DNA of 64,000 nt from Octopus bimaculoides (Eukaryota), in assembly GCF_001194135.2 (NCBI RefSeq), contig NC_068988.1:56685034-56749033 (forward strand), written 5' to 3'. Below are positions 49,700 to 61,712 of the stretch, piece by piece. Position numbers and translations under genes: made by a program. The notes under the pieces are model-generated. The model saw nothing but the letters and a program-made list of their open reading frames with translations. It ran no database searches and had not been told where the DNA came from. The first letter of the stretch is position 1. Each line of letters starts with the position of its first letter.

Positions 49700-49750
49700 T
49701 TAACGAGTCCTCATCTTGGTAGAAAATAAACTCCCAGCGAAGTTTTGTTT
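49700..49750 (-). CDS. Candidate distal terminal exon of the GRK gene, KQNFAGSLFSTKMRTR*
   Basis: aatttcag| acceptor in phase 0 at the edge of a SINE-free, minus-strand-U-rich block (45430-49750). No homology support; weak pyrimidine tract. Confidence 0.3.
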   Translation of the reverse strand, partial: KQNFAGSLFSTKMRTR

Positions 49751-49870
49751 CTGAAATTTTTGCAAGTTATGCAATTTTATTTTTTACTTGTTTCAGTCAA
49801 TGGACCCTGCAGCCTTTCCGAGGCCCTGCCTTGACGGGTTTAGTTAAACAAATTGATCCCAGTACTCTGG

Positions 49871-50311
49871 TAGGATGGGTGCTGAAAAGTCCCTGGCTTT
49901 GGGTAAAAGAAAATACAGGAGGATCAGTTAATTACGATTTTATTCAACATATTCACCTCTCAGATTCACGCACTTATTGCAGTGGTCCTTCAGTTTTTCT
50001 AAGCCCTGTAAAAGAACTTGGAATGTTGGGCCTCTAACCAGACCTTTTGCGATACCCTTAAAGCCAGGAACTTTTCAGTAACCCCTCATGTGCGAATATA
50101 TATACACACACACATATATATAAGGGGGTGCTGAAAAGTTCCTGGCTTTTGGTAAAAGTATATACAAGAGGATCAGTTAATTATAATGTTATTGAACATA
50201 TTCCCCTCTCAGATTCACACACTTATTGCACTGTAAAAGAACTCAGAAGGCTGGGCCTCCAACCAGGCCTTTTGCTATATCCTTAAAGCCAGGAACTTTT
50301 TAGCACCCCCC
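49871..50311. mobile_element. Two tandem copies of the mariner-derived MITE inside an old SINE
   Basis: Same TIRs as 34699-34923. Minus strand keeps a transposase C-terminus, [27 protein letters not shown] sequence flanks at 49780-49870 and 50340-50400. Confidence 0.85.
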
Positions 50312-50997
50312 TTTCACTTATTTTATCATTCCTTTTATCAAACTGCTAAGTTACAGGAATGTAAACAAGCACCGGTTGTTTAGTAGTGGTGGGGACAAAC
50401 ATGAAGGGACATGACCAGGTGGTTGGGGTGTAGATGTTCATGATTGTGATTTCAATTCTCAGGTGAGGCAGTGTATTGTGTCCTTGAGTAAAATAATTCA
50501 TTTCATGCTTTTCTGCGATCACTGTGACATGTGACACATTGTGCTTCTGTACAGACGCTGTTGATTTGATGTAGTGAACAAACTAATGTGTGGCATGAAC
50601 ATCGTCTGTGCTGGTTGTTCAGCAAGAAATTGCGGAACCCTCATTTCTCATTTACGACAGGAGAGCCTTGGCTGTGTGGTAAGTTTGCTTCCCAACAACA
50701 TGGTTCTGGGTTCAGTCCCACTGTGTGGTACCTTGGGCAAGTGTCTTCTGCTATAGCTACAGGCTTGTGAGTTGATTTGGTAGATGGAAACTGAAAGAAG
50801 CCTGATGTGTGTGTGTATCTGTGCTTGTCCCCTACCACTGCTTGGCAACCAGTGTTGATGTGTTCATGTCCCTTGTAACTTAGTGGTTTGGCAAAAGATA
50901 TTGACAGAATAGGTACCAGGCTTAAAAAAATAAAAGTGCTGGAGTTGATTCATTTGACTAAAAATCCTTCAAGGTGGTGCCCCAGCATGGCCTCAGT

Positions 50998-51362
50998 CTA
51001 ATGACTGAAACAAGTAAAAGATAAAAGATATATAGTGTTGCTATCTCTAAGTGAAATAACATGTCTGTAGCCCCACATTGCCTGACAACCACTGTTGGTT
51101 TGTTGACATCCCTGCAAAAAAAAGACTGATATAATAAGTACCAGCCTTGGAAAAAAGAGAGTGCTAGAGTTGATTATTTTGACTAAAACCATCAAGATAG
51201 TGTTCCAGCATGGCCACAGTCCAATGGTCAAAAGAAGTAAAAGATAAAAAATACAGCATCATCAGTCTTGATGATCAGAGTTCAGTTATTTGATCAACTG
51301 AATTACTTGCTCCTTGAGTTAATCTCTAAGTGGCTGAGTACTCCACAGATACACAATCAATG
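50998..51362 (+). repeat. Local direct duplication, copy 1 (365 bp)
   Basis: Near-identical to 54162-54525, including junctions between unrelated SINE pieces. Confidence 0.9.
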
Positions 51363-52344
51363 TGTGTGTGCAATGGGTGTACCTTTAAATCACGGACAAT
51401 CCATTTGAGAGGTTTCTGCACAATTTCCCATCTGACCAACTTCACTCACAATGCTTGGTTGGATTGACTTGAAGCAATGATTAAAACTGAAGACACTTGT
51501 CTAAGGTGCCATGCAGTGGGGATGAACCTGGGACCTCAGGATTGCAAAGTGAACATCTTCAACATTCAGTTATGCTGTGTGCATCTTTCATGCGTAAACT
51601 GCTAATGATCAGTATCATTTAACGTCCATTTTCCATGCCGATATGAGTTAGATTGGTTTGACTGGAACTGGCAGGCCACAGTGTTGCACCAGGCTCCAGT
51701 TGTTTGTTTTGGCTTGGTTTCTATGGCTGGATGCCCTTCCTAACGCCAACTACCTTACAGTGTACTGGGTGCCTTTTACATGTCACTGTCATGGGTGCTT
51801 TTTATGTCACCAATGTTTAGTAAATTTTCAATATAATCAACATTTTAGAGGCATTTAGTAAAATGCCAGTAAATTTGGCAATTTATATGTGTGTGTGTGT
51901 ATATCTACTGATAAAATTGGTAGTGTCTGTCTATGTCTGTCATCTCTCTCTCTGATTCTCTGTCACTCTGACATCAGCAGCAATTAGCTGATATGTATGT
52001 ATAACATAAAAAACCCTAATGATCCGTTTAGTTAGCGGACCACAGAGTAGAGTTGGAGATATGTAACTTTAACTGCCAACATGTAAATTGTACATGTGTG
52101 AGAGAGAGAGAGAGAGAGAATGTGTGTATTGGTACCTGTTTATCTATCTATCTATCTATATACATCTGTATGTATGTATATCGTATTATTCTTTAAATAA
52201 TAAAGAGGAAGATTTATTTTACTCATTTAAACCCTTTCAATAAAGTTTACCACAAGCAGATGACTATAAAACTAAATATTTATTGAAATGTGGATTATCC
52301 AATAAATACCAACTAGCATGTGTGTATGTGTGTATGTGAATATA

Positions 52345-52749
52345 TATGTTGTATCTTGGGTGGGTCATTATGCCAATAATAAACACATTAACTGGTTCTA
52401 TTTCACTTCTGTCAATTGGTAAAAAATTTAGCCAATAAACTAATTGTTTGATTAATCATCTGACAAATCAATCATTTATGTTCGCTGAAGTCCTTTTGTT
52501 GCCATTCACAACCTATCTGAGATAGACCTGAAGTAGAGAGAGGGAGAGAGAGAGAGAGAGAGAGAGAGCATGCTATTGAAGAGGTCACAAATGGTGACAA
52601 AAGAACTGTAACAAACATAACTCATTGAGTAATTGAGTAACTGAACGATTAATTGTTAATTGTTTAGATAGTTAACAATTGATGAATAATAAAGAAGTGA
52701 ATTAGAACCAGTGTGTAAGTTTATTATTGGAATGATGATCCATCCAAGA
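52345..52749. mobile_element. Old fold-back element around a (GA)n core
   Basis: TCTTGGGTGGGTCATTATGCCAATAATAAAC..ACTGGTTCTATTTCACTTCT pairs with 52690-52749. A second arm pair lies at 52476-52515 and 52580-52620. Confidence 0.6.
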
Positions 52750-53247
52750 AAGCCCCCCCCCCCCCAAATGTTTCAACACACAAGTTCACCTCAAAAATCT
52801 TGCAAACCAAATATCGCATATNNNNNNNNNNNNNNNNNNNNNNNNNNNNNNNNNNNNNNNNNNNNNNNNNNNNNNNNNNNNNNNNNNNNNNNNNNNNNNN
52901 NNNNNNNNNNNNNNNNNNNNNNNNNNNNNNNNNNNNNNNNNNNNNNNNNNNNNNNNNNNNNNNNNNNNNNNNNNNNNNNNNNNNNNNNNNNNNNNNNNNN
53001 NNNNNNNNNNNNNNNNNNNNNNNNNNNNNNNNNNNNNNNNNNNNNNNNNNNNNNNNNNNNNNNNNNNNNNNNNNNNNNNNNNNNNNNNNNNNNNNNNNNN
53101 NNNNNNNNNNNNNNNNNNNNNNNNNNNNNNNNNNNNNNNNNNNNNNNNNNNNNNNNNNNNNNNNNNNNNNNNNNNNNNNNNNNNNNNNNNNNNNNNNNNN
53201 NNNNNNNNNNNNNNNNNNNNNNNNNNNNNNNNNTATGTATCTATATA

Positions 53248-53410
53248 TATATTGAGAAAAAAGAGGCAGTCAGAATTTTGGATAATCCTCTATTAGCGCT
53301 TTTGTTTGTTTATGAAATCATCAATACAAAATTAAGAGGAGTTCATAAACAAACGTTAGCGCTAATGAAAGATTATCCAAAATTCTGACTGCCTCTTTTT
53401 TCTCAATATA
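53248..53410. mobile_element. 163-bp hairpin MITE with perfect 40-bp terminal inverted repeats
   Basis: TATATTGAGAAAAAAGAGGCAGTCAGAATTTTGGATAATC is exactly reverse-complemented at 53371-53410. Inner arms ATTAGCGCT..TTTGTTTATGAA also pair. Confidence 0.85.
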
Positions 53411-53445
53411 CAATATCTCTACACCACTTCAAACACACACACACA

Positions 53446-53484
<39 letters not shown>

Positions 53485-53665
53485 GATAAGGAAAAATTCA
53501 ATTGTCACTAATTGTGACTGATGTTGAAGGGTAGCACATACATTGCTAGAAATAAGAGTTAAAAACCCTTAGAGCCAAAGAAGTATATGTCTATGCACTG
53601 ACAGGGGAGATAACTGCTCCACACCGACAGATCACCATACTAGTCATATCGTTTATATATTTCAC

Positions 53666-53717
<52 letters not shown>

Positions 53718-53870
53718 GTATATATAATGCTGATGTTGTCCAAATTTGGTATTATCAGCTGTAAACTTATATTATTTCCATGAGATTTTCTAGACAAGTA
53801 GTTGTTATTTATTTTGAGACAAATAAAAATTTTCTATAAATCTTTAACATTAAAAGATAGCAGATTTTAT

Positions 53871-54130
53871 ATGGCTGGGCACTCTGTCAGTTATGATGAC
53901 AAGGGTTCCAGCTGATCCGATCAATGGAACAGCCTGTTCATGAAGTTAACATGCAAGTGACTGAGCGCTCCACAGACACATGTACCCTTAAAGTAGGTCT
54001 CAGGGTGATTCAGCATGACGGGGCTGGCTCACTGAACTACAAACTAAAAACTAAATTTTGCCAGATGAGTGAACTGGAGCAATGTGAACTAAAATGCTTT
54101 GCTTTATTCCATCGGGAATTGAACTCCTGA
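53871..54130 (+). mobile_element. SINE fragment with GGGTTCCAGCTGATCCGATCAATGGAACAGCC domain
   Basis: Degenerate relatives at about 51270-51360 and 54430-54520. Resembles a cephalopod SINE central domain as I recall it; unverified. Confidence 0.55.
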
Positions 54131-54161
54131 CCTTATGATTATGAGCTAAATACACAAACTA

Positions 54162-54525
54162 CTAATGACTGAAACAAGTAAAAGATAAAAGATATATAGT
54201 GTTGCTATCTCTAAGTGAAATAACATGTGTGTGACTCCACATTGCCTGACAACCAATGTTGGTTTGTTGACATCCCTGCAAAAAAAGACTGATAGAATAA
54301 GTACCAGCCTTGGAAAAAAGAGAGTGCTAGAGTTGATTATTTTGACTAAAACCATCAAGACAGTGTTCCAGCATGGCCACAGTCCAATGGTCAAAAGAAG
54401 TAAAAGATAAAAAATAGACCATCATCAGTCTTGATGATCAAGGTTCAGTTATTTGATCAACTGAATTACTTGCCTCTTGAGTTAACCTCTAAGTGGCTGA
54501 GTACTCCACAGATACACAATCAATG
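54162..54525 (+). repeat. Local direct duplication, copy 2 (364 bp)
   Basis: Near-identical to 50998-51362. Confidence 0.9.
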
Positions 54526-55999
54526 CCTCCAGTTATGTAATACAACATAAACAGTGAAATAAATAAATATCTTGTTTTGTTCACTACCATCCTGCACTAA
54601 TCACTGGCCAGTTTATCCCTCCTAGTGCTTCATTCCTCTGGAATGCTTATGTCCATCTTTTCCCCTGCGACATTGACTTATTGAGGTTCAAAAGGGGACA
54701 CTAATAGCAACAGTCTTATTGGTCTAGAAGGGCCTATGAAGGCAAAGAAGCAATGCCCCATTCTCCGGAGACACACCAAAAGAAAAATGGAAAAAAGCCC
54801 CCCCCCCCACCGCAAAAATAAAGACCGACTGAATTTGTGAAAAGTGTTGGAGGCAGGGGGAGGGAGCTAGGGGGTGAAGATCCACTGTAATAAAGGAAGG
54901 GGGAACCCCCCCCCCCCCAAAAAAAAAAACTATTGTCCGTCTTGTGTCCATCTGAGAAAGAAATTCAAGCCAAAATTTAAATATTTATATTTTATTCTCA
55001 AAAACTTCAAAAATCAATAATGAAATCGCAAAAAAAACAAAAAAACAAAACAAAAAAAACAATAATAATAAAAAAAGAAAAGAAAAAAGTATAATTAAAG
55101 AAATGAGACATAAAGTAAAAAAAATATATCCTGTGATTAAAAAAACAACAAAAACAACCCGTGTTCAGATCTTCCAGGTTTTTACATGAAATTGTGTGTG
55201 TGTGTGTGTATGTATGTGTGTCTGTATATGTATATATATATGTATATATAAATATATACACACACTATATATATACATACATATATATGTATGTGCGTAT
55301 GTATATATATATATATATATATATGCACGCACACACAAAAACAACATATAAGAAAATATTTAAAAACAAACAAAAATGTTTGATAATTTGGACACTGCAT
55401 AAAACTCATACTTAATGCAACATTTTTTTTTTTTGTTTTAGTAAATGGGGGATAAAGAAACATTTAAAAATTGAATAGTTCTAGTCAGAAATGGTTGCAA
55501 TCTTGGAAGATTATACAAATGGCCAACTGCTAATCTAAGGACATTGTCCAACTAGAATGGTAAATTTCTTACTAAAAAGTCCAAAATCTAATAATGTTGA
55601 AGCCAGGGTGGGCAACTTGATTACACTGACCCCTAGTACTTGTCTGGGATTCCAAAAGGATGAAAGGCGAAGTTGACCTTGATGGAATTTGAACTCAGAA
55701 TGTTAGGAGTCAGAAGAAATACCACTAACAATTTTGTCCAATGCTCTAATGATTCTGCCAGCTAGAGTGATTCTACCTTAGTTAGAGTGATAAATTAAAG
55801 GCTTCAATCACACTCAAGGTTATTGCCTGTGTGGCCCCTATAGTTACTGTTTAGTCTGTAGTTCATCGTTGGTGGAATAGACACTACAATTAAGACTGTT
55901 CCTGATGTGACCATCCCATTATATTTTGTTATCATCTAGTTAACCTAGTGCAATGATTCTCAACCATGGTCCATATGGCCCTTGGGGGTCCTTAAAAAC

Positions 56000-56318
56000 C
56001 AGGGGTTCTCAACCAATTTTTATCAATGGACCTCTTTGATTACTATTTTCTCTGGTGGACCCCCATCACCATTTCATATTTAAAAGCTAGTTTTATAGAT
56101 ACTTCGAAATTCCTGTTTTTTCTCACATTAACTTGTGTAGGTTGAACTTTGTAAAATGTTGGAGAAAGAAACTGAGCTGTTTCTTGAAATAAATACAAAT
56201 AGAATTTAAAGCAAAATTCTTTCTGGGACCCTGAAAATACTATCATGGATCCCCAATTTACTATTTTGTTGCATGGACCCCCAAAAAATCTTATATGGAC
56301 CCCAGCTGAGAACCACTG
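56000..56318. mobile_element. hAT/Charlie-like MITE, probably nested in a related element (about 55950-56515)
   Basis: CAGGGGTTCTCAACC...CTGAGAACCACTG termini with internal GGACCCC repeats; TSD not clear. Confidence 0.55.
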
Positions 56319-56533
56319 TCATTAAATTTTGTTAAAATTTATATGCTATAAATTGGTTAAACTTCTATAATACACCAAATATTTTTTTTATCCAATTCCT
56401 GATGTTATCTCATAATGAAAATATAATAGAATGTTTTAAACCTTGAACAGTTACAGGGGCCCATCCATATAAAACAGGAATCAAAGAGGTCCAAAGGCAA
56501 AAAATACACTGATGTAGTGTATTTATTATTTAA

Positions 56534-56738
56534 CCCTTTGGCATCCAGATTACCCTGCCAAATGTAATGTTTGTTTATTCACATTCTTTTGAAATGACCA
56601 TGTATTAGCCTGCAGCCTTGAGATTTTGATTATGTTTACTTTTAGAATGATATTGTAAGGTAGGTGTGAGAGGCCATATCCGGCTGGTTTGAACATAAGA
56701 CAATTAAAATATCTGGGCTGGATAAAATACTTAAAGAG
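56534..56738. mobile_element. piggyBac-type MITE (TTAA flanks)
   Basis: TTAA|CCCTTTGGCATCCAGATTACC...AAAGAG|TTAA. Confidence 0.65.
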
Positions 56739-58135
56739 TTAAGACAGTAGGGTTAATTGTGAGAGATTTGGCTGCTATTTCTACCAAATTAAGCAACCTT
56801 GTAGAGGCACATGGCTGTGTTTAGTATGTATGTATGTATGTACGTACGTCTTTATATGCATGTGGGTATGCATGAGATGCTAAATTTTGAAAATATATAG
56901 CTACATGTAAGTCTGCATTCATTTACAGCCTGTGATTTGTGGTCATCCTGGGGCAGAATCACAAAAATGAAGCTGCTTACAGCAGCCAGATTTCACAATG
57001 GCCCACCTGAGTATCAGAAGAGGCTCAACATTGCATAACTTTGGATATTAATTCTACCTATATGCCAAACATCCATTGGTTCCTCAGCACCTGATGGAGT
57101 TGCAGAGGCACCATGACAAACAGCATGTCATCGGTAATTTTAAACCTGACCGAGGTCAACCCTCTCCCAGGGTGGTGACAGCCAATTTGTTCCGGAGAGA
57201 GAAAGAGAGGTAGAAAAGAATCAACTGGCAATACATTTTTCAACCTTAAGGTGGTGAGCTGGCAGAATCCTTAGCATGCTGGGCAAAATGCTTAGTGACA
57301 TTTTGTCCTTTAAGTTCTGAGTTCAAATTCCACCAATGCCAATTTTACTTTTCATCCTTTCTGAGTCAAAAAATAAGTTCCAGTTAAGCACTGAAGTCTA
57401 ACACCCTACTCTCAAAACTCCTGGCCTTGTGCCAAAATTTGAAATCATTATTATTAACGTTGTTATTATTAGAAAGGTAGTGTAAGGTGGCGAGCTGGCA
57501 GAATCATTAACACACTGGGTAAATTGCTTAGCAGCATTTCGTCTGTCTTTACGTTCTGAGTTCAAATTCTGCCACAGTCAACTTTGCCTTTTGTTTTTTT
57601 AAGGGTCGATAAAATAAGTACCAGTTGAATGCTGGGGTTGATGTAATTGACTTACCCGGACTCCTGAAATTGCTGGCCTTGTGCCAAAATTTGAAACCAA
57701 TATATTTATCAAACTTGAAAGGATGAAAGGCAAAGTTGGCTGAGACAGGATTTGCACTCTGAGAGTAAGAGAGCTGGAATGATTACTGCAATTCACTTGA
57801 TGCCATAATGACNNNNNNNNNNNNNNNNNNNNNNNNNNNNNNNNNNNNNNNNNNNNNNNNNNNNNNNNNNNNNNNNNNNNNNNNNNNNNNNNNNNNNNNN
57901 NNNNNNNNNNNNNNNNNNNNNNNNNNNCATGCTACTATGCATTGTTGGACAGGAGCTGTTTGAGACAGTGTTTTAGCATTAGATGCCACCCACTCTTATC
58001 ACCAACCTTCACCTGTTTTCCAAATAAGGATTTTTGTTTTTCTACAGGTCTTTGAAACGGACTGGCTGTAATTAATAACATTCTAACATATACATGCAAG
58101 CATGCACACACACACACACACACACACACACTCAT

Positions 58136-58172
<37 letters not shown>

Positions 58173-58529
58173 TATAGTATAGAATAGTGGCTGCTTTCTT
58201 ATATACGAGAAAAGCCATCGCTAGAAAGAATGACAGAAACGAGTTATTGATAAAGCAATGTGAAGCCCTTATATGAATATAAGATAGCTTCCACACAGTT
58301 TTTGCCTACCAATACCACTTACAACACATTGACTGGTCTTGGACCTAAGTAGAAAATATTCGCCCATGGTGCTGTACACTGAGACTGAACACCAAACCAT
58401 GTGATTACGAAGTAAACTTCTTAACCACACATCCATATCTGCACCTATTATATACATTCATCTTTTTCTGCTCACCTTTCTTTGAAAAGGTCACAGGGAT
58501 AGAGTTCTCAGGCACCTCTCTATTTAGTT

Positions 58530-58835
58530 CTACAAGAAGCAGCTGTCATAACACTTTTCAGCTGGATGCTTAGCATGACCAACTGCTACGATGGATATTA
58601 TCCAACCATCTCATTCTTGACCTACCACTAAGTCTCCTGCTGGTTGGTTCAATTTGAAGAACCTGTCTTGTGATTGTTTTCTGTGACATAGTACCAGAGC
58701 TGTGACTGCTCAATGTTGAGAAGTAGTGGGTTGACCGCAGAGACTTCTTGATCTCTGAATGTTGCACCCTGTCGAGTAACGTTACTCCAGAGGTCCTTTG
58801 GAGGAATCCTATTTCAATTGCTTGTATTTGCAAAC
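58530..58835 (-). mobile_element. Rex3/Expander-type LINE 3' relic
   Basis: EIGFLQRTSGVTLLDRVQHSEIKKSL...RQVLQIEPTSRRLSGRSRMRWLDNIHRSSWSC; homologous to 21040-21350. Confidence 0.8.
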
Positions 58836-58852
58836 AAACTTTTCGTTCTATA

Positions 58853-59190
58853 TGGCTTAGTGGTTAAGGTGTTCCACTCATGATTGCGAGATCATGGGTT
58901 TGATTCCCGGACCAGGCATTGTGTTCTTGAGCAAAGCACTTCATTTCATGTTGTTCTGCAATCATTTCGACATCTGACATGTGGCACCTGTTGCACCTGT
59001 ACAGGTAATATCAATCTGATGGAGAGCGTCAGCTTATGTCTACACAAACATTTGATCACTATAAACAAATCATCTGTGTGGTTGTTCGGTAAGAAATTGT
59101 CGAACCCTCATACGTCGTCAAACAACAGGAGAGTCCATTATATGTGTGTGTGTGTGTGTATGATGACGGACTCTCCCATTGAAGATGGTG
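58853..59190 (+). mobile_element. tRNA-derived SINE family E
   Basis: Head TGGCTTAGTGGTTAAGG (A box) and GGGTTTGATTCCCGG (B box). Related copies at about 21515-21730 and 60560-60850. Confidence 0.75.
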
Positions 59191-59774
59191 TATAAGCGTT
59201 CAGCTTTTTTGACATCATTCAGTAAGAAGGCAAGAAAATATGTGGGGGAAAAAAAAATCTGGGACCTTGGAAGTTCATGCAAAGACCTGTAGATTAATAA
59301 ATCCCTAATTTGGAAAATAAACTAGTAAGGGTCAGTGCTAGGAATGGCATTTGGCCATAAGACACTGCCTCAACAAGCCTCATTTGACCCATGCCAGCAT
59401 GGAAAAAGCATATGGGATGATGATAATGATGATGATTATACACACGCACACATATACATATGTATAAAGATAACAAAATTTTGGAAAAAACACAAAATAA
59501 AAGACAAACAAAACAATGAAAAAAAATACAACACAAACTGTGCAGTAATAACAGTAGTGGTAGTAGTAGTGGTAGTGGTAGTAATGGCAGAAATATAAAT
59601 GCAAAATATTTCAAGAACAAGATTTCATAGGAATGGAAGTTAGCAAAGAAATTAAATAAAAAAACCAACAACAAAAGACAACAAAGAAAAACAATTTATT
59701 CCATTCTTAGGAAAATGGAAATGGTGAGCTGCCCCACCCCCAGTCATCTGACAAGTGTCTTTACAAGCGTATGA

Positions 59775-59824
<50 letters not shown>

Positions 59825-59920
59825 AAAAGGGAAATAAACAAAGCTTCCAACAATGCAGGAAGTTTTTCCAGGTGTAAAGGCCCATCCTCAGAAGGAAGGG
59901 GTCCAAGAAATATTTAGTTA

Positions 59921-60213
59921 CATTGATTTTGTTACTTTATTTTAAACTGCTTGGCATTTGGGATAGCAGCAACTCTCCAAAGGTTGGTCGTTGTGACGTA
60001 TTTTCGTGCAGTGGTGGTGGAAGATGGTGCTGGTGGGATATGTTATAACAGGTTGGTCACAGTTGTCATGACATATGCCATCAACACCACCACCACCACC
60101 ACCACCACCACCACCATGTGAAAATATAACAAAACGACCAACAGTTGGAGAGTCGCTGCTGCTGTTGCTATCCCAAATACCAAGCAGTTTAAAATAAAAT
60201 AACGAAATTGATG
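59921..60213. repeat. Long inverted repeat / fold-back
   Basis: 59931-59992 pairs with 60133-60203, and GGT-rich 60000-60042 pairs with ACC-rich 60071-60125. Confidence 0.85.
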
Positions 60214-61712
60214 GAAATAGACATTTTTGGGGGGACTGCTTCCTTCTGAAGATAGAACTTTGCACTTGAAATATACAAGCTTTTGTAAAAACTTTCTGTA
60301 CTGTAGGAAGCTTTCTTATTTCCTTTGTCTTTCATTTTCCGCTTCAGTACTTCAAGAGACACACATGTGTATACGTACATACATATATGAGAGTAAATGT
60401 TAAACTACAATGAGCATATAATGTATATGCATGTGAATGTGAGTGTAGGAGAAAGAGAGAGAGATTTAAAGAGTCTCAATGAAAATTCTTGCAGACTTAT
60501 AATCAATGACATGTCAGTCATAAGTATCCATTCATATTTTCAGACATATTGTGTCTAATGTGCATTGGGCTGACAATCATGAGATAGTGAGTTCAATTCC
60601 TGGACTGAGCTCTGTGTTGTGTTCTTGAGCAAGACACTTTATTTCATGCTATTCTAGTTCATTAGGCTGCAGAAATGAGTTGTGACATCACTGGTGCCAA
60701 ACTGTATTGGTCTTTTTTGGCCATTCCCTTGGATAACATTGGTGGCATGGAGATGGGAAGCTTGTATGCATGGGCAACAACTTTGCCTGGACTTGTGTCT
60801 TAAAGGGTAACTTTCTAGCTGCAATCCCATGGTCATCCATGACTGAAGGGGGTCTCTCTCTCTCTCTTTCCCCATATAAATATATTATTAATATGTTCAC
60901 TATTTACAACAGTAGTTTAAGGGACATTTGGTTATTCTGTCTAGCAGTTTGAGCAATCATACAGAGGTTTTCTCCACACAGACTGGAATAACAGGCCAGC
61001 AAATATGCGACATGGAGCAGTTGAATATATTGACTCCAAATAATAATAATAATAATAATAATAACAATAATAATAATGGTTTCAAATTTTGGCACAAGAT
61101 CAGCAATTTCAGGAGAGGGGGCAGGGGGGGGAAGTCATTTACATCAACCCCAGAATTCAATTGGTATTTATTTTATCGCNNNNNNNNNNNNNNNNNNNNN
61201 NCGAAAGGATGAAAGGCAAAGCCGTCTTCAGCAGTATTGAAATGCAGAATGTGAAGACAGATGAACTGCTGCAAAGCATTTCGCTTGGCGTGCTGAAGAT
61301 TGTCCCAGCTTGCCATTTTAATAATAATCCTTTGTACTATAGGCACAAAGCCCGAAATTTGGGTGGGGAAGGGATTAAGTCAATTACATCGATCCCAATA
61401 ACTAGTACTTATTTAATCGACCCAGAAAGGATGAAAGGCAAAGTGGACCTTGGTGGAATTTGAACTCTGAACATAAGGACGGACAAAATGCCACTAAGCA
61501 TTTTGCCTGGTGTGCTAACGATTCTGCCAGCTCACCGCCTTAGTAAATAATGATGATGATGATGATGATGATGATGATATTTCTAATTTAGGCACAAGGC
61601 CAGCAATATTGTGCACTTGACTGGTACTTTATCGACTCTGACAGGATGAAAGACAGAGGTGAGGTTGATGAGATTTAAACGCAGAATGTAAAGAGCTGGA
61701 AATAAATGTCCT

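Noticed and set aside
56929-57240. Unique GC-richer block with a possible acceptor and donor
   Set aside because: Stops in the plus-strand frames and no recognisable peptide on the minus strand.
58853-58925. tRNA-like sequence with A and B boxes, also at 21515-21590 and in other SINE heads
   Set aside because: Acceptor stems are degenerate and the sequence runs into multi-copy SINE bodies; not tRNA genes.
60189-60380. Basic ORF RKMKDKGNKKASYSTESF... as a possible GRK last exon
   Set aside because: Only a weak AAG acceptor with no pyrimidine tract and no homology; kept only as a site to test.
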